Source: Octopus bimaculoides | Lineage: Eukaryota | Length of the DNA: 40,303 nucleotides | Reading direction: 5' to 3' | Assembly (NCBI RefSeq): GCF_001194135.2 | Contig: NC_069002.1 | Span: 10,965,781-11,006,083, forward strand | Shown here: in pieces, positions 10,324 through 21,699 of the stretch | Layout: each line of letters begins with the position of its first letter | Position numbering within the stretch: position 1 is the first letter of the stretch | Made by a program: the position numbers and the translations under genes | Notes under the pieces: model-generated | What the model was told of the DNA's origin: nothing | The model's database searches: none | Seen by the model: the letters and a program-made list of their open reading frames with translations, nothing else

Positions 10324-10452
10324 TTTCATCCTTCGGGGTTGATTAAATAAGTACCAGTTATTCACTGGGGTCGATGTAATCAACTTAATCCCCTTTGTCT
10401 CTCCTTGTTTGTCCCCTCTATATTTAACCCCCTAAGGGCAATAAAGAAATAA
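10323..10452 (+). mobile_element. SINE A core plus tail type 1, joined directly to the SINE B microsatellite
   Basis: CTTTCATCCTTCGGGGTTGATTAAATAAGTACCAG...GGCAATAAAGAAATAA. Confidence 0.8.
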
Positions 10453-10484
10453 ATTATTATTATTGTTATTATTATTTGAAACCT

Positions 10485-10735
10485 TACGGGCGAAATGTTA
10501 GCACGCTGGGTCAAATGTTAGCACGCTGGGCGAAATGCTTAGCGGTATTTCGTCTGCCGTTATGTTCTGAGTTCAAATTCCACCGTGGTCGACTTTGCCT
10601 TTCATCCTTTCGGGGTCGATAAATTAAGTACCAGTTACGCATGTTTGTCCCGTCTATGTTTAGCCCCTTGTGAGCAATAGGAAAAAAAAAAAAAATTATT
10701 ATTATTATTATTATTATGGTTATTATTATTATTAT
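10485..10735 (+). mobile_element. SINE A with duplicated head segment and A/(ATT)n tail
   Basis: AAATGTTAGCACGCTGGG occurs twice in tandem, followed by the family A core and type 1 tail. Confidence 0.85.
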
Positions 10736-11273
10736 CATCATCACTAATTCGAAAACCATTTTTTCTCACTACATCTCCTCTCATACCATATTTCATTTTC
10801 ATTTTGCTCTTTATTAGAATAACTCTCCTTTCTTTTAGAAAAAAAAAACAAACTAAAACCCTACTTCACAAACTGGTTCACCCAATTCCCCCTCTACTTC
10901 TTGCCTTAGGTCTCATTTCTTTCTTCCTTCCCTCCTTCCTTTCTTTCTTTCTTCCTTTCTTTCTTTCTTTCGTCATTCTGCTTTCATTTCTCCATTTGTG
11001 CACATTTACATGTGCAAATTATGTGTATGCATGCAGGCGCATTAATGTGCGCATACATATGCATTAAAAACTATGATTAGTACAGATGGTAGTGCTGGTG
11101 TTGATGGCGTTGGTGTTGTAGGTGAAACTGGAGGTGATGTTGTTGTTGTTGTTGTTGTTTCTGTTTAGCCCCAGGTTAGCTTTGATTGAGCAGATTTATG
11201 ATCAAAAGTGTTCTAAGCCATGACAATCATCTATTTACATGTATATGCATATGCAGACAAGCACATAACTATG

Positions 11274-11305
<32 letters not shown>

Positions 11306-11348
11306 CACACATATATACATGATATATATATAGATATATAGATACATA

Positions 11349-11382
<34 letters not shown>

Positions 11383-11741
11383 CATACATACACATATGTA
11401 TCTATACACACACATATACATGATATGTAGATAAATTCATAATTAGCAACAGAGGCAGTATTAAGACCAGAAGATAATATTTATATTCCAATTATAGTAA
11501 AAATATGCATATATATGCATACATACATATGCATATACATATATATATATATATATGTGTGTGTGGGTATTTGCGAACTGAATATGGTGGTCCTGTAGAG
11601 GACGGTGTTACTGTTGGTTTCAGCTCCATATATAGGATTAACATTTTTCAATATGACCTTCATTTCGTTTTATGATATGACATTAATTTAAGGGACATGG
11701 TTGCTGCATCTACACACATATACAAACATATATATACATGT

Positions 11742-11775
<34 letters not shown>

Positions 11776-11785
11776 NNNNNNNNNN

Positions 11786-11822
<37 letters not shown>

Positions 11823-12551
11823 GCCATAATATATATATATATATATGAGTGTGTGTATAAATTAAAAACGTAAAATTAAAACAGAGCACAAAGGATTCCG
11901 CGGTACATGTGTTTCAAGCTTTATACACAGTGTTTCAAGCTTATATATATATGTATATCTATATACATATGCATACATTCATACTGAAATACTTATGCAT
12001 AGCTGTATGCATATACATAATTTTCCTGGTGGGGGAAGTTTTATGATGAAGTGTCAGGCAGTAAATGCTGGTGGTAATGGTGGTGGTGGTGGTAGTGGTG
12101 GGTGGGAGACAAAAGACAGAAAAGGATGTTTTTAATTCTTAAAAAAATGCCATGATTTAATGACAGTCAAAAAAAAAGGATGACTTTGCCGAAAACTCTT
12201 GGAAGCAAAACAAGGCTTCAAGAGCTGAGTGGAAGTTCTTTGAGCGATTTGGAGTGGGTTTCTGGCATTTCAAAAAATGTTCTTTGATTGCTGCTGTTGT
12301 TGTTGTTGTTGTTGTTGCTTTGACTGTTGTTGTTGTTGTTGCTTTTTAACTTCTTCAGTTTTGTGTTTTCATGTCGTTTCTTTCTCTTCTTCTTTCATTC
12401 TTCTTTTCTTTCCTCTTCCCCCAACCCTTTCTCTTTCTAGCCTTAATTTTTGTTCAGTTGTACACCCACACAAATGCACTTGCATACATCACACGCTAGC
12501 ACACACACACACACATGCATATATACATATCCACAAGCATACATGCACACT

Positions 12552-12597
<46 letters not shown>

Positions 12598-12819
12598 CAT
12601 ACTTACATACATACATACATACATATATATCTATATCTATCTATCTGTATGAATATGATGATGATGATGAAATATATGTATGTATACATATATACTCATA
12701 TATGCATAAATATATATATACCATACATATACATACATACATGTACGCGTGCATTCATCTGTCTACCCATACATACATGCATATATACATGCACAGACAT
12801 GCACACACACGTATGCATG

Positions 12820-12852
<33 letters not shown>

Positions 12853-12862
12853 NNNNNNNNNN

Positions 12863-12903
<41 letters not shown>

Positions 12904-13279
12904 GACGTATTTATATATACACACACACAGACGTATTTATATATACACACACACACATATATATATACATGCATACATACACATACACACACGTATACAC
13001 TATGCTAAATTGAAACTCAATTCCAAACCTGAATATTCTCGTATAAGGGATCTTAATTTTCGCCTTTTTAAGTAATAATGAATTCACGTAATCACAGAGG
13101 GTGCTGCTATGCGATGTTATGCTGCCGATTGCACTCTTCTTTCTATGATTTTTTGCTGTGGTTTTTCATGTCTTTTATTTGTTTTAAATTTGTAAGTTGT
13201 TTTTTTTTTTTTTTTTTTTTCTTAGCTGTTATTTTCCTAATTTTTTTGCTAAATTTTCTTCATTACTAAGGCTACTATC

Positions 13280-13790
13280 ATTATCACCTTCCCCAACATC
13301 ACAACCACTACCACCACCACCACCACTGCCATTGCCGCCACCACCGTCATCACCACCATCATCATCTCTATCATCATTATCATCTCTATCATCATCGTCA
13401 CCACCAACACCACCACCACCATCGTCATTATTACTAATACCTTCATCCTAATCACAACCAACTCTGCTACACTCTCCAACCCCCCCTCCCCACCCATCCA
13501 GTGCAAATGTATTTGAATTTCTGTTTCTGAAATGAATTTATATGGCAATGTAGTAATTATAGAAAATACGTTTACTACTACTACTACTATTACTACTACT
13601 ACTACCACCACAACCATCACCACCTGCACTGCTACCAACACTACTACTACTACTACTACTACCCAGCCTCCACCAGCTTCAGTATCACATCATAATTATA
13701 TCCACAACCACTAACAGCAACTACTACTACTACAGCCACCATTACTGATGTTACCATCACTACCACCACACCGCCATCAGCAGATTCACT
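13280..13790. repeat. Degenerate (CAC/CAT/TAC)n arrays
   Basis: Visible triplet periodicity. Confidence 0.85.
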
Positions 13791-13807
13791 AATAATAATT
13801 TTAAAAT

Positions 13808-13925
13808 TAGGCACAAGGCCAGCAATTTCAAGGGTGGGGGTAAGGCAATCACATTGCCCCCCCCCCCCAGTGCTAAACTGATACTATTTCATTGACCCAA
13901 AAGGATTAAAGGCAAAGTCGACCCA
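13808..13925 (-). mobile_element. SINE A 3' part, tail type 2
   Basis: AGGCACAAGGCCAGCAATTTC...GGCAAAGTCGAC. Confidence 0.8.
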
Positions 13926-13969
13926 TGCGTGCTTTTGTGGATTATATGTGTATATACATAAATATTAGT

Positions 13970-14318
13970 GATGGCGCATGGCTCAGTGGTTGGAGTGTTG
14001 GGCTCACAATCATGAGGTAGTGAGTTTGATTCCTGGACCAAGCGACCTGGCTGTATTTTGCGTTTTTGAGCAAGACACTTTATTTCACGTTGCTCCAGTT
14101 CACTCAGCTGTAGAAATGAGTTGTGACATCACGGGTTCCAAGCTGTATCGGCCCCTTTGCCTTTTCCTCGGATAACATTGGTGGCGTGGAGAGGAGGGGC
14201 TGGTATGCATGGGCGACAGCTGGTCTTCCATAAAACATCCTTGCCTGGACTTGTGCCTTGGAGGGGAAATTTCTAGGGGCAATCCCATGGTCATGCATGA
14301 CTGAAGGGGATCTTTACC
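13970..14318 (+). mobile_element. SINE family C, full length
   Basis: A-box TGGCTCAGTGGT and B-box-like AGTTTGATTCC; 13-bp TSD TACATAAATATTA at 13955-13967 and 14330-14342. Confidence 0.9.
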
Positions 14319-14374
14319 GTTTAGTTTTGTACATAAATATTATCCTTTTATTCTTTTCTCGTATTATTAAATAG

Positions 14375-14502
14375 GTAGATGGATAGATAGATAGACAGAC
14401 ACATAGTTAGGCAGATAAATAGGTAGATAGACAAACAGAGAGACAGACAGACTGACAGACAGACAGACTGACTGACAGATAGAATAGCAGATAAACAGAC
14501 AG

Positions 14503-14547
<45 letters not shown>

Positions 14548-14620
14548 TAGAAAGATAGATAGATATATCAAGAGATAGATAGATGAATAGCTAGATAGGT
14601 AGATAGATAGATAGGTAGAA
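14375..14620. repeat. (GATA)/(GACA)n compound microsatellite with internal (TA)n
   Basis: Directly visible. Confidence 0.9.
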
Positions 14621-15059
14621 AAATAGACAGATATTGTGTATGCATACATAATGAATAAAAACATTAAAAGCCAGTGTGATTTGTTGATTTGAGAGTTCAA
14701 ATTCAGCCTTTATTACAAACTGATATTCCTGTCCACAAATCACCTGATGAGGAACAGGCACTTTACCATAAAAGACAGAAAAACCAAACATGCTCTTCAC
14801 TCCACTTGCTTCCTCCTTTTAAGAATGGTTTTCCAAGGCATTAATAAATGCAATACCATGCACAAGCATGTCGTTCTGTTTCAAAGACTGTAATTTACAG
14901 ATGCAATAAGAGTTCTTTTATTTTGGCTTACCATTCCAACGTAATCTCATGCTGTCAATTATTTATTCTTTTTTTTTTATATTCATTTTCAATTCTTTTT
15001 TTTTTTTTTCTATGTAGACTTTTTCTTCTCAAATATTTTCCTTGTATTTATTCTTTTCA

Positions 15060-15410
15060 TCTTTTACTTGTTTCAGTCATTTGACTGCTGCCATGCTGGA
15101 GCACCGCCTTAAAGGGTTTTTTTTAGTTGAAGAAATCAACCACAGGACTTATTCTTTGTAAGTCTAGTACTTACTGTATTGGTCTCTTTTGCTGAACCAC
15201 TAAGTTACGGGGATGTAAACTCACCAGTATCGGCTATCAAGCGATGCTGGTGGGGACAAACATAGACAGAAACACACACACATATATGGCGGCTTTCTTT
15301 TGGTTTCCGTCTACCAAATCCACTCACAAGGCTTTGCCTAAGGTGCTATAGAGTAGGGCTAAACCTGGAACCATGTGACTGGGAAGCAAGCTTCTTACCA
15401 CAAAGCTACG
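15060..15410 (-). mobile_element. SINE family B, near full length, degenerate
   Basis: Reverse complement of the tail (CTTTTACTTGTTTCAGTCATTTGACTG) through the head (CTTACCACAAAGCTACGCCT). Confidence 0.85.
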
Positions 15411-15639
15411 CCTATTTCCAATTTATCTTTTACCTGTTTCATCCACTGGACTGTGGTCATACTGGGGCAATGCCTTGAATGGTTTTTGTCAGACAAATTT
15501 ACTCCAGTACTTATTTTTTTATTTAATTTTCTTGTAAGTTTCATCTATTTTGCCACACTGCTATGTTATGGGGATACAAACAAACCAACACAGATTGTGT
15601 TGGAAGCAGTAAGGTGTTGGATACAAAAACATGCATTTA

Positions 15640-15761
15640 GGCATAGGAGTGGCTGTGTGGTAAGTAGTTTGCTTCCCAACCACATGGTCCCGGGTTCAGT
15701 CTCACTGCGTGGTATCTTGTGAGTGGATTTGGTAGACAGAAACTGAAAGAAGCCCGTCGTA

Positions 15762-15802
<41 letters not shown>

Positions 15803-16010
15803 ATGTGTTTGTGTGTCTGTGTTTGTCCCCCCAACATTGCTTGACAACCGATGCTGGTGTGTTTATGTCCCCGTAACTTAGCGGTTCGGCAAAAAAGAGA
15901 CCAATAGAATAAGTACTAGGCTTCTAAAGAATAAGTCCTGGGGTCGATTTGTTCGACAAAGGCGGTGTCCCAGCATGGCCACAGTCAAATGACTGAAACA
16001 AGTAAAAAGA
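15640..16010 (+). mobile_element. SINE family B with a 43-nt internal deletion
   Basis: Head GGAGTGGCTGTGTGGTAAG, internal microsatellite, 3' half ending GACTGAAACAAGTAAAAAG. Confidence 0.9.
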
Positions 16011-16178
16011 GTATACATACATATGTACACACATACACACACACACACACACAGAGACACATAGCCATACATGAGAGATGCATCTGAGTATTTTCTGTCT
16101 ACCAAATCCACTGATAAAGCTTTAGTCGACCAAAGACTATTATTGTAGAAATGCAGTCAGTCAGCTAAGAGACTAAAG

Positions 16179-16400
16179 ATAATGTTATAACGAAAACCAC
16201 AAATGTTAAAATACAGCTACCCAGGGTTTCCTGGTCAAAATAATTTATTTTACCATTTTTCAAGCTGTGAACATCTGCTCAAAAGACAACTGACAAGTGG
16301 TCTTGTTCACAGCTTGAAAAATGGTAAAATAAATTATTTCGATCAGGAAACTCTGGGTAGCTGTATTTGATAAGATTTGTGGTTTTTATTATAACATTAT
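16179..16400. repeat. 222-bp near-perfect palindrome (MITE/foldback-like), about 95-bp arms and 30-nt spacer
   Basis: Arm 16179-16273 versus the reverse complement of 16304-16400: about 6 substitutions and one 2-nt indel by eye. Confidence 0.9.
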
Positions 16401-16424
16401 ATATATATATGATGATATATACTT

Positions 16425-17070
16425 TAAAATTTATTCTCTAGAACAGTTAGTTTCTATTTGCTGACACCCACTATTGACAAAAGTGTGGAATTGCGATGGG
16501 AACTAAAGCACCCCCATCTCTTCTGAACCTAATAATGGGATATTTAGAATTAACCTTATATGAAGTATCACCACAAAAATATGGATACCCATTTTACCAT
16601 TATATGAGAGAGGACTGGAAAGGATATCTGGATGACTGCTTTGTCATTTGGAATGAGACAGTTGATAAACTCTTTGAATTTAAATCAATACTAAATTATA
16701 TAACTCCAGATATTCAGTTTACAATGGAGTACAGCAAAGAACAACTTCCATTCCTAGATATTTTGATAAAAAAAAATGTCAGCACCAAAATTGAAGCTGA
16801 TATCTATCATAAACCAATATAGACTCAAGGCAATATCTTCTGTTTAGTTGATACCACCTAAAACACATCAAAAGAAATATTCCTTTTAATTTATCAAAAA
16901 GGATTTGCACAATAGTGTCTGACACAAATACTTGGGACCTTCGACTTCAAAACTTCAGAAGAACACTAGCCAAGAGACATTATCCTACCCCACTTATAGA
17001 TGATGGAAATAAACCAGTGAAGAAAATAGGCATCAAAACACTAAGGGAAATAAAACAAAAACCCATACCT
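16425..17070 (+). mobile_element. Penelope-like element RT fragment (YLDD type)
   Basis: QKCGIAMGTK, WKGYLDDCFVIW, IQFTMEYSKEQLPFLDILI, ADIYHKP, KRNIPFNLSKRICTIVSD, RHYP; contains stops and frameshifts. Confidence 0.9.
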
Positions 17071-17457
17071 TATCTAAAAAGCCAGTTGAAAAAGAGTTCA
17101 TAACTCCAACTAAAAACATTTGTCTCCCCTTACACACACTTCCTGTTTTGACACCACGTTTCCTGCTTAACACAAACTTTTAACCCTTTTTTTAAACCTA
17201 ACAAAACTCTCAACTCTCATGCATCCTTATTTTTCCTACCATTATATACATGAACTACTATTGAACTTCAAAAGCTCAAAGACAATATAATGTATGGGTA
17301 TATTTATTTTTTTATATATTATTTTCTTCATTTTGTACTTCTTTGTAAAAAACATTTTCATTCTCCTTCTTCTTGATAATTTGCTTTCGCAATGAAAACC
17401 AGTTAGAAATCTTTATTAAAATATGCTTCCAGTTTAGCATTCTGCCTTTTTTTTCAT

Positions 17458-17498
<41 letters not shown>

Positions 17499-17529
17499 CA
17501 CATGCACACACATATACATACACATATAC

Positions 17530-17760
17530 GTTAAATAGAATGAGACAACAAAACCAAGGCTGTGTGGAATTTATAGGACATTTATATAGAGAAAGGTAGT
17601 TCTGCAGCTGTTTCTAGGATATTAGGGATATCCCATCATCAGAGATATGAGAGAGTTAACTAGAGGGAAATAGTAGAGTTCAATATAAGGAGTTATTTTG
17701 GAAAAGGATGGCTATAGGAAGTATAAAGGGAAATAAGAGAATGAAATTAAAGGTAAAAAT
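17530..17760 (-). mobile_element. Putative Penelope-like pseudo-LTR with hammerhead, ending in a (TG/TA)n tract
   Basis: On the minus strand a pyrimidine-rich stretch leads into a hammerhead fold, then about 70 nt to the microsatellite at 17460-17530. Confidence 0.55.
17598..17648 (-). ncRNA. Minimal type-I hammerhead ribozyme motif (degenerate)
   Basis: Minus strand: TCT-CTGATGA-TGGGATAT CCCTA ATATCCTA-GAAA-CAGCTG-CA-GA. Canonical CUGAUGA, 8-bp stem II, GAAA and palindromic stem III; conserved U16.1 is C and stem I is weak. Confidence 0.6.
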
Positions 17761-17849
17761 ATACGTTGGATGTTACAGTTGTAACATATATGCATGTATA
17801 TGTATATTTGTGTTACACTTGTAACATATATATATTTATATTTGTATTG

Positions 17850-18055
17850 TGCTTTGTGTTTATGGTTGTTTCTCCTTCCACTTAAATACCTGTGTTGGTT
17901 TGTTTATGTCTCCATAAACTTTGGCAAAAAAGAATGGTAGAATAACTAAATGCCAGATGTAAAAGATAGTTCTGGTGTCAGTTTGTTCAACTAAACTTTT
18001 TAAGGTAGTGCTGTAGCATGGTCACAGTCCTGTGGTTGAAGCAAGTAAAAGATAA
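17850..18055 (+). mobile_element. SINE B 3' half, degenerate
   Basis: GTTGGTTTGTTTATGTCTCCATAAAC...TAGCATGGTCACAGTC...CAAGTAAAAGATAA. Confidence 0.7.
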
Positions 18056-19120
18056 GAGGCTATTTATTTAGATTAATTTAAGAAATTTGTTTGATTTAGA
18101 AAAAAAAAATTCACAGAAGACTTAAGATGTTCTTAGTTGGTTAAGTTGTCTTTTTTAGGACTTTTCATTTTCACATGTTTTTTTTTTATGTAACATCTTC
18201 CAATTATTTTTTATTAAGTCTTTTTAAAAATAAACAGTGTATTGAGATTTATATGTTTTAAACATCAGAGATTTAGAATTTGTAAAACTAAATAAAAATG
18301 TATGTAAATAAGCTAATAAATATATATATATTTTTTTGTTAATTACAATTTTTAAAATCAGAAATAGATTACAAAAAGGATTTAGAGCTGAAGTCTTCCT
18401 TTTATGCAAATATATTTTGTTACTATTTGAAATATATAAATACATTTTGCTTTTCATCTGAAAGCATTTGTTGCTTCCCTTTCTGAATGCTGCTGTGATA
18501 TTTTTTTTTTTTTTTCAAGTTATTTAAAGATGGAAACATAATTACAAGTGCAAACAGAATATAGTTTTACACTACAAATACAAATAAAATATATTTAATA
18601 TGCAAAAACGAAACAAAAACATAGTACAACTACAAATCCTCTAACCATAGTAAATTTCTGATTTTAAAAAAATGTTAGAGTAAAAAAAATTATTTTAAAT
18701 CATNNNNNNNNNNNNNNNNNNNNNNNNNNNNNNNNNNNNNNNNNNNNNNNNNNNNNNNNNNNNNNNNNNNNNNNNNNNNNNNNNNNNNNNNNNNNNNNNN
18801 NNNNNNNNNNNNNNNNNNNNNNNNNNNNNNNNNNNNNNNNNNNNNNNNNNNNNNNNNNNNNNNNNNNNNNNNNNNNNNNNNNNNNNNNNNATAATAAAAA
18901 ACGGTGTTCAAAATAATCTATGCTAAAATGAAGAAGTGCTGAATTTTCCTTTGATTTCCTCTGATTATTTTCAAATTTTGCTTTTTGATGATTTTTTTGC
19001 GATTTTCTTAAATTTTCTCGGATTTTCTTAAATTTTTGGCAGATTTTCTAAGAATTAGATTTTTCTTTGATTTCTTTTTTCCTTTTGTTCAATGAAATAA
19101 TTTAAGAGTCCCTCCCTCCC

Positions 19121-19156
<36 letters not shown>

Positions 19157-19189
19157 GTTGTTGTTGTTGTTGTTGTTACTGATTTCAAA

Positions 19190-19385
19190 ATTTGGTACAA
19201 GGCCAGCAATTTCAGGCAAGTCGATTACGTTGACCCAGTGTTCAACTGGTACTTATTTTATCAGCCCTGAAGGAAAAGAAAGGTAAAGTCGACATTGATG
19301 GGATTTGAACCCAGAATGTAATGATAGATGAAATGTTGCTAAGGATTTTGCCCTTCATGCTAACAATTCTACCAGCTCACCACAC
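19190..19385 (-). mobile_element. SINE A, tail type 2, between two (TTA)n tracts
   Basis: GGTACAAGGCCAGCAATTTC...GTCGACATTGATGGGATTTGAACCC...CCAGCTCACC. Confidence 0.85.
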
Positions 19386-19388
19386 TAC

Positions 19389-19389
<1 letters not shown>

Positions 19390-19424
<35 letters not shown>

Positions 19425-19690
19425 CGCAACAGATTAGACTGTTGGAAAAGAAAAAATCCTAACATCAGGCTACAGCAAGTAACCTTAGACGCCAAGAACC
19501 CTTCTAAGTATCTTAGCTGTCCCTAATAACACTATTTGCTGGAGTTGTACTAAACTGGGTTTTATGCCTATTTCCTCTATCCATATGTTCAAATTTTTAC
19601 TGCATTACCTCCTACACCTCTGTGTTGCTGGGGTGTGTGCAGCACTGCGTGTTCTTTTCTGCTGTTGGGAATGTGCGAACTTTTTCTGGT
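19390..19690 (-). mobile_element. 3' end of an R4/Dong-like retrotransposon ending in (TAA)n
   Basis: Minus strand WIEEIGIKPSLVQLQQIVLLGTAKILRRVLGV* (stop 19485-19487), about 60 nt of UTR, then (TAA)n at 19390-19422. Confidence 0.8.
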
Positions 19691-20363
19691 ACTGTACTCT
19701 ATTGTTGTTGTTGTTGTTATCTACAATACATTAAAAGTCAGTTTGAAGAGTCAGTTTCTTGCTTGCTTACAATGTTACCCAGCCAAACTGGCACATAATG
19801 GGAAAATACTATGAACTAAGTTTACCCTGAAATGTTAATACAAACGGAATAAAACAAATTTCGCATAAATCAGACAAACAGTTTTAAAGTTATTAGAAGT
19901 TTTCAGGTATAAATACCCAAAATGGTGCATAATGGGAAAATATTCTGAAAATGATCTTCATCCTGAAAGGAAAGAAACTTTTATTTTTCTATGAGACACA
20001 ATGACAATGAAAAAATATGAGTTTTTTTTTACAGTAAATGTTTCTATTTTCGCTTTTGTTAAACACAATATTTTAATCATTTAGAAATGATTTTAAGTGA
20101 ATGTGATTTCAAAAATGTAAGTTGTTTGTGCAAGATTTATATTTTAGCTTTCTTTAAGCAGACAATATTCTAATGTTTTTTAGATTATTTTCAAGGGAAT
20201 ATTACAAAAATTGTTTTTGGCATATTTAAATATATATTAAAGTGAAAATGACTTTAAAAAATATGGTAAATATTTCGTAAAAGACCCGTTCATAATCTCA
20301 GTATGAAATAGCTTTTTTCCATAGGTTTTTTTTTAGTGCATTCAACGTATTTCACCTCCAAAA

Positions 20364-20474
20364 ATTTGGCTGCTATTTCTAGCATGTCCTGCTACCATGT
20401 AACAGCTATTTGCAATAAAGGACCGAAAATACCTGTTATGTGGTAGCAGGGTGTGCAAGAAATAGTAACCAAAT
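20364..20474. repeat. Imperfect inverted repeat, 42-bp arms, 27-nt spacer
   Basis: ATTTGGCTGCTATTTCTAGCATGTCCTGCTACCATGTAACAG versus the reverse complement of CTGTTATGTGGTAGCAGGGTGTGCAAGAAATAGTAACCAAAT. Confidence 0.8.
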
Positions 20475-20639
20475 CTTTCCTGTTCTGAGGGAAAGGAGCC
20501 ATTTGCACTTGATTTCGTTGTCACATTCGTTGAAAGCATGCAAAATACACATATTTTCCCATGTTGCTTGTTTTCAATACTTGATTGGGAACTGCTATAA
20601 TAAGGATGTCCTTCTTTTTCCAATTGCCCTTTTTCTCAA

Positions 20640-20880
20640 CCATCATGTGTCTGTGTCTGTATGTTTTTGTGTCTGTGGTTGTCCCCACCACCACTTGACA
20701 ACCAGTGTTTGTGTGTTTACATCCCCATAACTTAACAATTCAGCAAGAGAGACTGATAGAATAAGTACCAGGAATATAAAGAATAAGTACTGGGTCAATT
20801 CATTCAGCTAAAATGCTTCAAGCTGGTGCCCCAGCATGGCCGCTGTCTAATGCCTGAAACAAGTAAAAGATAAAAGATAA
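20640..20880 (+). mobile_element. SINE B 3' half
   Basis: GTCCCCACCACCACTTGACAACCAGTG...CCCCAGCATGGCCGC...GAAACAAGTAAAAGATAAAAG. Confidence 0.85.
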
Positions 20881-20884
20881 AAAA

Positions 20885-21050
20885 TACAAGTTTCTTTCAG
20901 GTTCCATCTACCAAATTCCTTCAGAAGACATCGGTTAGTTTAAAGATTTAATAGAAAACATTTGCCCAAGGTGCCACACTGTGGAGCTGAACCTGAAACC
21001 ACAATATTACAAAGCAAGTTTCTTAACCACACAGCCATGCCTCTACCTCT
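20885..21050 (-). mobile_element. SINE B 5' half
   Basis: TTTCTTTCAGGTTCCATCTACCAAAT...TTGCCCAAGGTGCCAC...CCACACAGCCATGCCT. Confidence 0.85.
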
Positions 21051-21135
21051 TTTGCATTTTCTAATAACCATCTCAACTGTTTGTTCATTTATGGATTTTG
21101 CTTAATGACTCAAACTTATTTTATTTTCCTCTCAG

Positions 21136-21330
21136 GCTGCAGACATTCTACGGGGTACCCTAAACAGTTCCAGTTTACTGAAAAGATGGGTGGCAGCATA
21201 TTGCCTGGGATATTTCCGTCTCTGGAATTCAGACATTATCAACGAACTCATCAGGCAAATATTCATGATGCCAAAGTCAGAGAAAATGGTGCATGGAATA
21301 CAACTCCTTATCACACTCAGTGAAGAAACG
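21136..21330 (+). CDS. HEATR4: Internal coding exon of a HEAT-repeat protein, HEATR4-like (65 aa)
   Basis: Acceptor TTATTTTCCTCTCAG, donor ACG|GTAAGT, 195 nt, phase 0/0, open: AADILRGTLNSSSLLKRWVAAYCLGYFRLWNSDIINELIRQIFMMPKSEKMVHGIQLLITLSEET. It matches my recollection of HEATR4 (WxAAxCL, QxF, LLxxLSExT); no search was run. Confidence 0.75.
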
Positions 21331-21379
21331 GTAAGTTCCACAACACTTCTTTGGGTATTATTGCTTATAAGACAACTGA

Positions 21380-21598
21380 AGGCTGTGAGCTGGCAGAATT
21401 GTTAGCATGTCGGGCAAAATGCTTAGCGGCATTTCATCCGTCTTCATGTCCTGAGTTCAAATTCCACTGAAGTTGACTTTACCTTTTATCCTTTTGAGGT
21501 CGATAAAATAAGTTCTAGTTGAACATTGTTCTCGATGTAATTGACTTACACCCCTCAACCCCCACAAATTGCTGGCCACATGCCAAAAGTTTGAAATC
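21380..21598 (+). mobile_element. SINE A, full length, tail type 2
   Basis: Head GAGCTGGCAGAATTGTTAGC and B-box AGTTCAAATTCC; 20-bp TSD ATTGCTTATAAGACAACTGA / ATTACTTATAAGACAGCTGA (21360-21379, 21599-21618). Confidence 0.9.
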
Positions 21599-21699
21599 AT
21601 TACTTATAAGACAGCTGATTAGTTTATCTTCAAATTCTCTGTAGTTGTGACTGGGTTATCCATCTACCTTCTCTACAGTAAGACACCTGTTCCTGTCCC

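Noticed and set aside
12280-12345. Antisense poly-Gln run
   Set aside because: A (TGT)n microsatellite bounded by stops.
13970-14040. tRNA-like A/B boxes here and in other SINE heads
   Set aside because: They do not complete a cloverleaf and continue into SINE bodies, so they are not tRNA genes.
14690-14835. Short plus-strand open frame (QPLLQTDIPVHKSPDEEQ...)
   Set aside because: No credible splice sites, start codon or homology.
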